From a virus: DNA of 64,000 bases. This document shows, piece after piece, positions 10,769 to 20,490 of this stretch. Location: positions 126,672 to 190,671 of the IMG/VR virus record IMGVR_UViG_3300036770_006434, one strand, 5' to 3'. The notes under the pieces were generated by a model. The model did no database searches, was not told where the DNA came from, and saw nothing but the letters and a program-made list of their open reading frames with translations. The stretch's first letter is position 1. Each line of letters opens with the position of its first letter. Both the position numbers and the translations under genes were made by a program.

Positions 10769-11491
10769 ATGCAAAAGGAAGCGCAAATTGTCAAAATCAT
10801 TCTGGGTGGGGCTCTTGGCCGGAAATTCGGCAAAGAGTGGAATCTGCGCGTGGGGTCTGTGGCGGAAGCCGTTCAAGCGATTGATGTGAATACGGGCGGC
10901 AAATTCAGGGGACACCTCTACAAAGAGGGTAACAAAAAATTCTACAAAATCGCGCTTGGCAGGAAGGATAATCTATTGGACAAAGAGGAGCTGTGCAATC
11001 CCAGCGGCAAGAACGATATATACATTTTGCCGGTAATCAAGGGTAGGGAAAAGGGGCTGACCAAGATACTGGCGGCAGTAGCGATTGCGGCAGTTACATA
11101 TTTTACTTTTGGTGCTGGTGGATTTTTCGCAAACGCGGCGCTTGCAACAGCGGGATATAGCGCAGCCGCTTCATTGGCTATCGGTGGCATCGTCCAGCTC
11201 CTCACCCCAGTCCCGAACTTCAACCAGTCCCCGAGCCAAGACAGTTCCAGAGGTTCCAATATTTTTGCCGGCAACGCCGCTTCCGCCTCCCAAGGGGAAG
11301 GTGTGGCGCTGGTATATGGCCGCGCTTTGGTGGCCCCGACCCCAGTCTGTTTGTCGTTCTCTGCCGTGGATCAGCTAAACGTCGGCTCAGACAGTTACGC
11401 CACTCAGGAATACGATATAGAATACGGTGACGGCGGAGTGGTCAACTACATCCCGCGCGCCCCGAATCCGGACGATAACGTTCCAAGCTAA
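10769..11491 (+). CDS. Tail assembly protein I (lambda gpI-like)
   Basis: Ubiquitin-like N-terminus (GALGRKFG...SVAEAVQAI), hydrophobic Gly/Ala segment, QGEGVALVYGR; ATG 10769 preceded by GGAG. Confidence 0.85.
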   Translation: MQKEAQIVKIILGGALGRKFGKEWNLRVGSVAEAVQAIDVNTGGKFRGHLYKEGNKKFYKIALGRKDNLLDKEELCNPSGKNDIYILPVIKGREKGLTKILAAVAIAAVTYFTFGAGGFFANAALATAGYSAAASLAIGGIVQLLTPVPNFNQSPSQDSSRGSNIFAGNAASASQGEGVALVYGRALVAPTPVCLSFSAVDQLNVGSDSYATQEYDIEYGDGGVVNYIPRAPNPDDNVPS

Positions 11492-14400
11492 TGGCCAACC
11501 AAGAAGCCCCGAATACCCTTCTGTCCAATGGGACCCTGAAGATACTGGACCTTATCTGTGAAGGGCCTATTTCCGGCTTTGTCACCAAAAACGGTGTCTA
11601 CGGATCGGACCCGTTGGTATCCACGTATTACGATGATGTTCAGGTCAGGAATCTTGACGGCTCTTACAACTATAACGTCACAGGCGCAGGGTATTCCTTC
11701 AATTATACCCGTGGATACAGTTCCCAGACCGGAATAGAAGGCTTCCAAAAGGTGGAGGCCGTCCTCCCGCTTTCTTCCAATACCCGTATTGCCAACCCGC
11801 CGGATGGAGCGGGTCCCTTTAAGCCCGTCATCGTAGCGTTCAATTCCAATATGTTCCCGGATTCTGACTCTATTCGAGTTACGGTCCGGGTCCCGGCACT
11901 CATGGCGCAGGACGACGACAACAACACGAATCCATTCGAGATTTTCTACGCTGTCGATATCTCCATAAATAACGGGGCTTTTGTCACGGTTGGAAACGAG
12001 TTCGTGCGCGGAAAATGCACGTCCGCATACCAGAAGAGCACGCAATACCAGCTGCCTAAGACCACTCCGCCAAGCACTTTCTACGATTGGAAAGTCCGAG
12101 TTCGCCGCGTTTCCCAGAATATTCTGTCCATCAGGACGCAAAACGAGATTTTCGTAGACTCAATCTCCGTAATCTCCACCAGTTTATACGCTTACCCGAA
12201 CAGCGCGCTGGTCGGGACAGAAATCAACGCGGACCAGTTTTCTTCCATCCCCAGCCGCGCCTACGAGATAGCTGGCCTTCTGGTTAGCGTCCCTTCCGGA
12301 TATACGCCGACCCAATATGGATACGACACAACTCCATTCGAGCGAATCTGTGAATTTGACCAAAACAATCCCAATATAGGTTTGACGACGCAGTCCGAGT
12401 CTGAAATGGCCGGAATAGTCGATGGCATAACGATTACAGGTTCCGGTATCCCCCCAAACACCACAGTCATAGATGTCAGCCAAGAGGCACCATGGGCCTT
12501 TGCCATAGACACACTTCCGCTAGAAACGGGACGGGAAATTCCCATCACTTTCTTCCCCACGGAAACCGTCCAGACAATAACCCCGGCCAGTTACCCGGCG
12601 GTTTGGGACGGAACCTTTGTGACCGGGGTATGGACCGATAACCCAGCTTGGATTTACTACGACATTCTGACGAACCCCGTCCACGGGCTGGGAGACTATA
12701 TCCAGTCTTCATATGTTGACAAATGGTCTCTCTACAAGATCGCCCAATACTGCGATGCCATGGTGGATGACGGAGCCGGTGGCCTCGAACCACGGTTTAC
12801 CTGCAACACGGTAATCAAAGACCCGCAGGACGCTTATACGGTCCTTCTCAATCTGGCCTCCACCTTCCGGGGAATGTTGTATTACACGAATGGTGGCATT
12901 CATGCATCCCAGAATCAGGACGAGCCGCCGGTTTACGCGTTCAACAACGCGAACGTGATAGACGGCGTGTTCAGCTACTCGGATACCGCGCGCGACGCCC
13001 GCGCGACCGTGGCCAAGGTCAAGTGGGTCGATCCCGACAACGGATACCGCGAAAACATCGAATACATCGAAGACATAGACGGAATCCTGCGTTACGGCTA
13101 TCAGGAGAAGGAAATGACTGCCTTTGCCTGCACCAGCCGTGGACAGGCTTACAGACTTGGGTCTTGGACCCTTCAAACCGAGAGACTTCTCACCGAAACG
13201 GTCACATTCCAGACCAGCCTTGAAGGCGTGGCAGTGCGACCCGGCGACAATTTCGCGGTCTACGATAACTTCCGCAACAATCGGGCGCAGGCCGGTCGTA
13301 TCACATCCTTCTCTCCCTCTCGCTCTTTGGTCTATCTGGACAGGTCCGTGGCCATAGAGCCCGACCAAGTGTATAGCCTGTCCTGTATTGTGCCGAAATA
13401 CCAGCTGGACGGGTCAGGAGATGTCACGGGCTCCAGCCAAATCCAGTTTATCCGCCAGAGTCAGGTCGAGTCCTTCGCGGTTACCACGTCCGCTACCTCC
13501 GGCACCGATTTTCTGGTCATTGCCGGTTCATTCTCGACCGGACTCTATCCCGGTAGCCCGTTCATTCTGGCTGCCTCCGGGACCGGTGCCAGTATCCTGA
13601 ATCGGGCTACATTCTACACCTGTCTGGCCACCGCCGAGGTGGAAGCAGGCAAGATAGAAGTCCTTGGCCTAAAGGCGGATACCGGAATCCAGTTCTCCAT
13701 CCAAACGGGTTATACTGTGGTCGATTGGCCGGAAAACCCCGGCGACATTGATACGTCCATCCTTCCGCCGAGCAACCTTTTTGTAACCGGCGTCACTGGC
13801 GCAGACCTTAACAACGTCTTTTACTCCGCAATTCAGCTGACTTGGGTGAATACGCCCAGTGCGAATCTCGGCTACTACATAGTGTCCGGCAAGGAGTGGG
13901 ACACGTCTTACGAAAGGTTCACGGTATCAAATACGGGATTCAATTTTACCCGTGGAGATTCTGGTTTTTACAACTTTAGAGTGGCAGCAGTCAGTTTTGG
14001 AGGCGTGGAATCTGATTTTATTACGGGCGGTTTTCTGGTATCTTCCCAAAACCCCATCGGCACTCTTCGCGCGCTTTCGGGGGTTAGGATACAGGACAAT
14101 CCCGACCCGCTTTATGTCAATTCTGTCACGGGATACACCGGTTACATCGGAATCAATCCCGGATTCCAGTGGGCTTCCGAAGAAGCGTCCAACGGACTGC
14201 CGATAGTCGATTACCAGTTTATCTCCGGTTATCGGGTTTCCGCCAAGAGTTTTGACGGTGCCACAACATATTACACGACCGATGTAAGCGGAAGGAGCAA
14301 CACCTCTTTCCAGTTTACCGGAAACCTGTTGCGCGAATTTGCCGGTTCTCCCCGTGGCTTTGACTTCAGAGTCCAAACGATTGATTTATACGGCAATGTG

Positions 14401-16395
14401 GCGGACGGAGCCAACATCAAGGTAGACAACCCGCCGATGAAGCCGCCGGTAGCCTCGGGCTTTGTCGGATACAATGGCGGCGTCATATACAGTATAACCC
14501 CAAGCGTTCAGTATGACACTTCCGGCGTATATCTTTGGGTCGATACAAGCCCGTCTTTCACGCCGTCTTTCTCGAATTTCGATTACGTTTCCACCAATCT
14601 GGCGGGCAACGCGGAGATAGCGCCACAACAGGGAACGTTTTACACATGGTTCTCTCTGGTGGACACGTTTTCCACGGCCGGCAATGCGATTTATGGACCG
14701 ATTTCCGGTAATGCCGAGGGGATGTTTCCCACGACATTTAGGGATATATCAACGGAAATCGCGGCAGCAGACGCTGCTGTATCGGGTGCCTTCAATCTGA
14801 TTACGGGACAGATTACGGATTATATCAGAATCATTTCCGGGGATGCCTTGCTCGCCATTGATTCGGTAAACGCCCTTAGCGGCCAAGTCACAGGACTTCC
14901 GGGTGTCGTAAATACCGCCCTCAACGTTCGGGTTGACAGTATCGTGGTTACGGCCAGCGGCTCTCTGTCCGAACAAATTGATGCGGTCCGCGCTATTACG
15001 GAGCTGACCGGACAACAGTTGACGGCGCAGGTTTCGACCGTTTCTACGGCCCTAACAAATAGCGGCGTTGCCCTTGGAACCAGAGTGGACACCGTTCAGG
15101 CGAACGTGAACAGTCTTTCGGGATACACCAACGCGAGAGTGGATACAGTCACAACCGCCCTCGCCACGACGGGCGGGTCTCTTGCATCTCAAATCACAGA
15201 GCTAAGCGCTTATACTACCGGTCAGAGTGCCTCTATCAAAATAGCCGCCGAAGCCTTTGTGACAGGAGACGTAAACGGTCTCGGCGGCGCGGCCAAAGCG
15301 TCTTGGGGTTTTGAGCTGAACGCCAACGGCAAGGTCACGAGCATGGTTGCGACCTCGTCCGATACCTATGGTCAACCGTCCAGCTTCGGCACCATCGCTT
15401 TTGGTAACGCGGACCTTGAGTCAAACGATTATGATCCGGGCGTTACCGGGTGGCAGATCAGATATGATGGCTCAACTGAATTTAACGATATCCAAGCTCG
15501 CGGGACATTACAGTCCTATTCGTTTACCGCTGGGTCTGCCGGGTGGAGAGTTCAGTCCAATGGCAACGCGGAATTCAATGATATATCGGCCCGAGGAGCG
15601 TTTACGGGAGGAGCTAGCGCAAATCAAACCGCTATTGACGGAAGAGGTTTGACGGTAGGAACGTCAAGCTATTTTACACAATTGGGTGGAGGAGATGGAT
15701 TTTTGCGTTTGGCGACACCAATTGCAAATACGATTACATTAAGCACCATCAATAATGGAGGGGTATACGCAGGAGATATATCCCTTTACAGTGAGTCAAG
15801 TCCATCAACACCAACAATAAACCTAAACGGCTTTAACGGAACAATATTTGGCCAAAAGTTGACAATTGAATCAGGTTCCAACAACGGTTCAATTCCACAA
15901 AACTACTTAGCCAAGATAATCCACAAAAGCAATTCCACTAACCGTTACGGTCTTGCTGTAGCCACCAATTGGCAGGCTGCTGAAAATAAAATCTTTGTCG
16001 CTGGATCGTGCGATGCGTCGGCTGGCAATTTCCTAGAACGTTTCACCATCTACGGTGAAGGCACCGTTACCAACTCCGGCACCATCAACGCCGCCTCATT
16101 CAATACCACCTCCTCAATCCGATACAAGGAAAATGTTCAAGATTTCGATAACGCTTTGGGCGTTGTGGAATCCCTCCGCGGCGTCACCTTCGATTGGAAA
16201 ACTGGACACGTCACAACCGGCCACGACTTCGGGCTAATCGCCGAAGAGGTCGCCGCAGTGCTGCCAACCGCCGTTAGCCGCGACCCCGGCGGTCTAATCC
16301 GAGGCGTAGACTATGGCAGACTCAGCGCGGTTTTGATCGAGGCAGTTAAAGAACTCCATCATGAAGTGAAAGAACTTAGAAAAATAAAGGGGTAG
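11491..16395 (+). CDS. Tail tip / host specificity protein J with C-terminal S74 intramolecular chaperone
   Basis: DLICEGPI, WTDNPAWIYYDILTNPVHGLG, DKWSLYKIAQYCD...EPRFTCN, ACTSRGQAYRLG; C-terminal TSSIRYKENVQ...LRGVTFDWK...GLIAEEV...VDYGRL. Confidence 0.92.
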   Translation: MANQEAPNTLLSNGTLKILDLICEGPISGFVTKNGVYGSDPLVSTYYDDVQVRNLDGSYNYNVTGAGYSFNYTRGYSSQTGIEGFQKVEAVLPLSSNTRIANPPDGAGPFKPVIVAFNSNMFPDSDSIRVTVRVPALMAQDDDNNTNPFEIFYAVDISINNGAFVTVGNEFVRGKCTSAYQKSTQYQLPKTTPPSTFYDWKVRVRRVSQNILSIRTQNEIFVDSISVISTSLYAYPNSALVGTEINADQFSSIPSRAYEIAGLLVSVPSGYTPTQYGYDTTPFERICEFDQNNPNIGLTTQSESEMAGIVDGITITGSGIPPNTTVIDVSQEAPWAFAIDTLPLETGREIPITFFPTETVQTITPASYPAVWDGTFVTGVWTDNPAWIYYDILTNPVHGLGDYIQSSYVDKWSLYKIAQYCDAMVDDGAGGLEPRFTCNTVIKDPQDAYTVLLNLASTFRGMLYYTNGGIHASQNQDEPPVYAFNNANVIDGVFSYSDTARDARATVAKVKWVDPDNGYRENIEYIEDIDGILRYGYQEKEMTAFACTSRGQAYRLGSWTLQTERLLTETVTFQTSLEGVAVRPGDNFAVYDNFRNNRAQAGRITSFSPSRSLVYLDRSVAIEPDQVYSLSCIVPKYQLDGSGDVTGSSQIQFIRQSQVESFAVTTSATSGTDFLVIAGSFSTGLYPGSPFILAASGTGASILNRATFYTCLATAEVEAGKIEVLGLKADTGIQFSIQTGYTVVDWPENPGDIDTSILPPSNLFVTGVTGADLNNVFYSAIQLTWVNTPSANLGYYIVSGKEWDTSYERFTVSNTGFNFTRGDSGFYNFRVAAVSFGGVESDFITGGFLVSSQNPIGTLRALSGVRIQDNPDPLYVNSVTGYTGYIGINPGFQWASEEASNGLPIVDYQFISGYRVSAKSFDGATTYYTTDVSGRSNTSFQFTGNLLREFAGSPRGFDFRVQTIDLYGNVADGANIKVDNPPMKPPVASGFVGYNGGVIYSITPSVQYDTSGVYLWVDTSPSFTPSFSNFDYVSTNLAGNAEIAPQQGTFYTWFSLVDTFSTAGNAIYGPISGNAEGMFPTTFRDISTEIAAADAAVSGAFNLITGQITDYIRIISGDALLAIDSVNALSGQVTGLPGVVNTALNVRVDSIVVTASGSLSEQIDAVRAITELTGQQLTAQVSTVSTALTNSGVALGTRVDTVQANVNSLSGYTNARVDTVTTALATTGGSLASQITELSAYTTGQSASIKIAAEAFVTGDVNGLGGAAKASWGFELNANGKVTSMVATSSDTYGQPSSFGTIAFGNADLESNDYDPGVTGWQIRYDGSTEFNDIQARGTLQSYSFTAGSAGWRVQSNGNAEFNDISARGAFTGGASANQTAIDGRGLTVGTSSYFTQLGGGDGFLRLATPIANTITLSTINNGGVYAGDISLYSESSPSTPTINLNGFNGTIFGQKLTIESGSNNGSIPQNYLAKIIHKSNSTNRYGLAVATNWQAAENKIFVAGSCDASAGNFLERFTIYGEGTVTNSGTINAASFNTTSSIRYKENVQDFDNALGVVESLRGVTFDWKTGHVTTGHDFGLIAEEVAAVLPTAVSRDPGGLIRGVDYGRLSAVLIEAVKELHHEVKELRKIKG

Positions 16396-16401
16396 CAAGC
16401 C

Positions 16402-16920
16402 ATGGCGTCAAACCTAAAATACAACGGGACAGACCTTGACGACCTTTTTAAGCCAATCGGGGACTTTCCCGAAAGTTCGGATACCAATTACAAGGTCGGT
16501 GGAACGGACATATTGAGTCGATACGCCCCGAGCCAAGTCGATAATGACAGGCTTCTTTACAATGTAGGTTTCAAGGTAAACGGAACCGATTTGTCGGACC
16601 TGTTTCGGGATTTCAACTGTCCAAACGTTACCTTGGTCGGCCCCGATAGCGTCACAGCCGGCTCTTTCAACGGAGAATTTTGGTATTTTACAGGAGGGTC
16701 TCCGACCACGATTACGGGAGTTCGTTTTTACATTGAAAATCATGGTCTAGGAAACTGGACATCCGTTTCGACCAACAGTTATTCCGGCGACGTTTTTTGG
16801 GTTGACCCTCTGGGCAATCCCTCCATCTCTAATACGCCGGGAAGTTATACCTATATTTTTGAAGCAATGGATTCAAACCATTTGGTCGGACACGACGAGA
16901 TACAAGTATCCGTTTCTTAG
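16402..16920 (+). CDS. Putative tail-tip accessory protein
   Basis: Repeated GTDLxDLF motifs (NGTDLDDLF, GGTDILSRY, NGTDLSDLF), a pattern seen in genes downstream of gpJ. Confidence 0.55.
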   Translation: MASNLKYNGTDLDDLFKPIGDFPESSDTNYKVGGTDILSRYAPSQVDNDRLLYNVGFKVNGTDLSDLFRDFNCPNVTLVGPDSVTAGSFNGEFWYFTGGSPTTITGVRFYIENHGLGNWTSVSTNSYSGDVFWVDPLGNPSISNTPGSYTYIFEAMDSNHLVGHDEIQVSVS

Positions 16921-16930
16921 CTAAAATTTT

Positions 16931-17158
16931 ATGAATCTAGACAAAAACACTCTTCAATCCAATCTCGACCGCCTTTCCCAAGACTTCGCATCCCTCCAAG
17001 CCGCAGTAAACGACCGCCAGAAGGAATTGGAGCAAATAGAAAAGCGCAAATCCCAGCTGATCGAAGAGATTATGCGGAACCAAGGCGCAATGGCCTATAA
17101 CCGCGTTTTCGCGGAAAGCCTCGCCAAGGAGATGGACAAGGCGGTGCCAGCCCTTTGA
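16931..17158 (+). CDS. Small coiled-coil hypothetical protein
   Basis: 75-aa heptad-rich ORF; last gene of the + strand operon. Confidence 0.6.
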   Translation: MNLDKNTLQSNLDRLSQDFASLQAAVNDRQKELEQIEKRKSQLIEEIMRNQGAMAYNRVFAESLAKEMDKAVPAL

Positions 17159-18436
17159 TCAGGCGATTGTCACTGTCAGGTCCTGAGTGTCGGAACCGTC
17201 TGCGGCGATAATTCTGACCACCACGGTGCCAGCCGCATCCGTAACATAGACGTTATTGGCCGCCAAGAATGCGGGGCCGCTCAGAATTACCAGATAGCAC
17301 GCTTGGTTCAGATCAAAGGTCAGCGGCGAAGAGCCGGATACATAGTCTACCTGCGGGAAAACGATAGAGGTATAGGACACCTGCTCCGAGAGAATGTAGA
17401 AATTCGGGTCAGCCACGCCCACTCGCGCAATATCATTTATTTTCAACGACCAGCTGAATGACGCTTGAGCCACGCCTCCGCCGACGCCAATTCTGAACGA
17501 GGAACTGTCCAATTTGGCACCCCTGAATAGGAACGCGAAATCGTCCAGTCCGGCGCACCCGGATTTGAATCCCAACCTGAATGCATACCCGCTGTCCGGG
17601 CAATTCACACGGGTCAAAGCATCGTATTGAAACTGGGTTAACCGTCCCTCCGCCCGTATATTCACGTTTACGGGCCACTGGATCGGCCTTTCGTCGGGAT
17701 AGGCCCACCCCAAATCCTTAACCTCGGCTCTCGGCAAATCCACCGTAAAGCCAAATGACTCTATGGGGCACGAGTTATTGCCGCTCAAAAGAGCGCCTAC
17801 CGCGCTACCGGTGTCAAAAGTGAGCTGAATAGCAGAGGGCGCGGCCTCAAAGTAGTTTGTGACAGATTGAGATGGAACCGGCAATGCGTATACCCCTGTT
17901 ACGCCTATGCCGCTCTGTTTGTAGACAGCGGGAAGCACTTGGCCGCTCCCGCTGGGTTGTATAAGCAGGTTTAGACCGTCCAACGAGACGGATATAGCGC
18001 TGGGCTGCCCGACTGCGGCGCTAAAGTCGTAACGCGTAATCACCGCATTGCCGACCGCCATTACGCGGCAATCCGGGTCTATGTAACCCGCCGAATCCCG
18101 GCCATTCTGGTTTATCAGCAGGTAGTAGTTTCTCTCCTGATTAAGTCCTGCAATAGCGGAAACGGTGCCGGACGGAGACGATACAAAGCCTATGCTTGTT
18201 TCATTTACCCCTGACCCGAATATCCAAGACAAATCCACGGTGGCCCGGGGTCTTTGGATCATCTGGCGGTCCCCGCCGCCGTCCCAGTAAAAATTATCCT
18301 CCCTAGGATAGATCAGAGCCACATCCGCGTTGGTCACCCCCTGCAACGTCTGCGTCGCCAACTCCTCAAATGCGGGCGAGTAAGGGCTGGTCGAACCGAC
18401 CAAAGCGGAAACGACGTTGAATTGGAAGGCGCTCAC
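17159..18436 (-). CDS. Virion structural protein, tail-tube-like
   Basis: 425-aa beta-rich ORF at the end of the head operon; two similar halves suggest a duplicated tube-like fold; function inferred. Confidence 0.5.
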   Translation of the reverse strand: MSAFQFNVVSALVGSTSPYSPAFEELATQTLQGVTNADVALIYPREDNFYWDGGGDRQMIQRPRATVDLSWIFGSGVNETSIGFVSSPSGTVSAIAGLNQERNYYLLINQNGRDSAGYIDPDCRVMAVGNAVITRYDFSAAVGQPSAISVSLDGLNLLIQPSGSGQVLPAVYKQSGIGVTGVYALPVPSQSVTNYFEAAPSAIQLTFDTGSAVGALLSGNNSCPIESFGFTVDLPRAEVKDLGWAYPDERPIQWPVNVNIRAEGRLTQFQYDALTRVNCPDSGYAFRLGFKSGCAGLDDFAFLFRGAKLDSSSFRIGVGGGVAQASFSWSLKINDIARVGVADPNFYILSEQVSYTSIVFPQVDYVSGSSPLTFDLNQACYLVILSGPAFLAANNVYVTDAAGTVVVRIIAADGSDTQDLTVTIA

Positions 18437-18439
18437 GAA

Positions 18440-18910
18440 TTAGGGGCTGGGCCAAGCGGGGAGGCTGGCGGCGTCCACCGAAACAGTGAGAGTGTGTCCC
18501 AGCTTCCAATTCGCGATGGCGATGTGCATCTCTTCCTCGGCCCCTTTGTGAAGATTCATATAAGCCTTGGAAATATCGGCTGGATTGGCGCGAGTAACCT
18601 TACTGTCCCCTTCACTCATAGAAACCCAGAGTAACCCGCCACCAGCCAATACCTGCTGCGCTTGCTTTCGATAGTATTCTTTTTGATACAGGAGCCCGTA
18701 AATAGCAGCCTCAGAATCCCCGAAGCCACCGCTGATACACCCGCCGCTGTAAAAGAAGTCTGTGGTCAACTTGTTGTTTAAGTCTCCCAAAGAAGTGCTA
18801 GATGTAATCCACCCAGAGATGAACGCCACCGAAAGACTGGTCGGAGAATTGATGTCGTCATATATCCCGGAAGCCAGCGCGAGAATGTCGTTTGTGCAGT
18901 AAGCGGACAT
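18440..18910 (-). CDS. Putative head-tail connector / neck protein
   Basis: 156 aa downstream of the capsid gene; C-terminal SMSEGDSKVTRANP resembles adaptor proteins. Confidence 0.5.
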   Translation of the reverse strand: MSAYCTNDILALASGIYDDINSPTSLSVAFISGWITSSTSLGDLNNKLTTDFFYSGGCISGGFGDSEAAIYGLLYQKEYYRKQAQQVLAGGGLLWVSMSEGDSKVTRANPADISKAYMNLHKGAEEEMHIAIANWKLGHTLTVSVDAASLPAWPSP

Positions 18911-19006
18911 GGTAAGAATATGAAATAAAAGGTTTTGGGTATCTGGCCCGAAAGGCAGACTATACCCTGTAAGTTACACTGGATTCGCGGCTGGTTAGCC
19001 GCAAAA

Positions 19007-19378
19007 TCACCGGCCCCTCTGCATAATCAGAGCCGCGCGCTCCTCTACCGAGAGGTCTCCCTCGTCCTTTTTGCCTTCATCCCGAGCTTTGAGATAGGCG
19101 TCCCGTTCATGGGGATTCTCTTGCAGGAACTTTCTCTCAAGCCGATCAATCATGATATCCTTGGTCGCGCCGGCCGGCACGCCGATTGTAAATCCATGGT
19201 CATGAAGTTCCAACAGATTCATGGACCTGATCTTGCTCTGGTAGGCGGCGAATGTTTTTTCCCAGTAGGATACATTCTTGATTCCGGCCAACTCGTAAAC
19301 CGAGCGAAACGGTTTCAAGGACCCGTCAGCCACAGTGGCGGACCCAATGTCGATAGTTTTCTTAGATTTCCGTGCCAT
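19007..19378 (-). CDS. Hypothetical protein
   Basis: 123-aa ORF (MARKSKK start) in the head operon. Confidence 0.6.
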   Translation of the reverse strand: MARKSKKTIDIGSATVADGSLKPFRSVYELAGIKNVSYWEKTFAAYQSKIRSMNLLELHDHGFTIGVPAGATKDIMIDRLERKFLQENPHERDAYLKARDEGKKDEGDLSVEERAALIMQRGR

Positions 19379-19465
19379 ATTGTAATGCTTGTTTTCCGCC
19401 GGACGATTTGTGCCGGCAAAGGGCATTACACAGGAAATGGGAGAAGTTTTGGATAAATATGAAAT

Positions 19466-20413
19466 TTATGCCGCCTTTAACCTGTAGCATCTTGGAGAAA
19501 GGTCTCTTTCTGGATGGATAATGTTGCCATTTTGGTCAAATTTAAGCAAAAACTCATCCTTGAACACTTCTGGCCTGATATCTTTTTTGCGCTTTACGTT
19601 TTTCAGTATCTCTTCATTTTCCCATTTTCTCTTGAACTTTGGGGTTGGAAGCGACTTGAAGAAGTCGAACATATGGACGCAACGATTGCCCGTTACCATA
19701 TAAGACCAACATTCCTTGTCTTTTATCTTTACAACATTGGCCTTAAATGGATTTTTTTCTGATCCAAAATGCGCGTCAACAAACGATTTGATCCACTCTA
19801 AAATTTCTTTAGACGCAGAAGATATGCTTATAGACGAACTTTTTTCGGTAAAAGATATAGAGCCATCTCCATCAAGATAGCCCAAGATAAAACACGCCTT
19901 CAACAAATCTCTATCAAGATTTGGTGGCGCAATCCTGTAGGTTTTTTGAGGAAACAGATTGAAGTTTTTATACATATCCTGATTCCATTTTTCAGCTGAA
20001 TTTATCTGCAACTGGACGATGTCTCCGCCACCAAATAGACTATGTTGTTTGTATATTCTTGTTTCACCTGTAAATTCACAATGTTTTATAAAATTATCAA
20101 TTTCTTTTTTATCTTTATGATTAAGCGTTATTGCGATAAAATTGTTTTCCCAATTAACCGTTCCATCAGCGGCCCAAAGACCCGCATAGTAGCTGTTGAT
20201 AGGATTTGGAACTGCCCAAAAATCTTCGTTTTTGGAGTATTTCCTTAGTTCAAATTGCGATTTCAAACCTAGTCTACCAGCCTGAAGGCAAACGGAGTCC
20301 CTGCTTCGCCCCAAAATCATTCCAATAATAGCGAAAGTTGCAAAGCCCTCTTTGAGCAATGCTTCTAGCGTGATAATCTCTTCAATAGTCCACTTTTTTC
20401 TTTTGTGTCCCAT
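19466..20413 (-). CDS. Free-standing double-motif LAGLIDADG homing endonuclease
   Basis: YYAGLWAADGTV and FILGYLDGDGSISF motifs, N-terminal HTH-like segment, AT-rich. Confidence 0.9.
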   Translation of the reverse strand: MGHKRKKWTIEEIITLEALLKEGFATFAIIGMILGRSRDSVCLQAGRLGLKSQFELRKYSKNEDFWAVPNPINSYYAGLWAADGTVNWENNFIAITLNHKDKKEIDNFIKHCEFTGETRIYKQHSLFGGGDIVQLQINSAEKWNQDMYKNFNLFPQKTYRIAPPNLDRDLLKACFILGYLDGDGSISFTEKSSSISISSASKEILEWIKSFVDAHFGSEKNPFKANVVKIKDKECWSYMVTGNRCVHMFDFFKSLPTPKFKRKWENEEILKNVKRKKDIRPEVFKDEFLLKFDQNGNIIHPERDLSPRCYRLKAA

Positions 20414-20443
20414 AGTGTATATAATAGTAATGTGTTAAATCAT

Positions 20444-20472
20444 AAAATAAAAGCCACCCCGAAGGGTGGCTT
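20444..20472 (-). terminator. Intrinsic terminator after the major capsid gene
   Basis: Minus strand AAGCCACCC-TTCG-GGGTGGCTT followed by TTATTTT. Confidence 0.9.
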
Positions 20473-20490
20473 GAACTTGTTTAAGTGGAC

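Noticed and set aside
8169-20413. Group I introns or inteins around the two homing endonucleases
   Set aside because: Both are separate ORFs between intact genes with almost no flanking sequence for a ribozyme core
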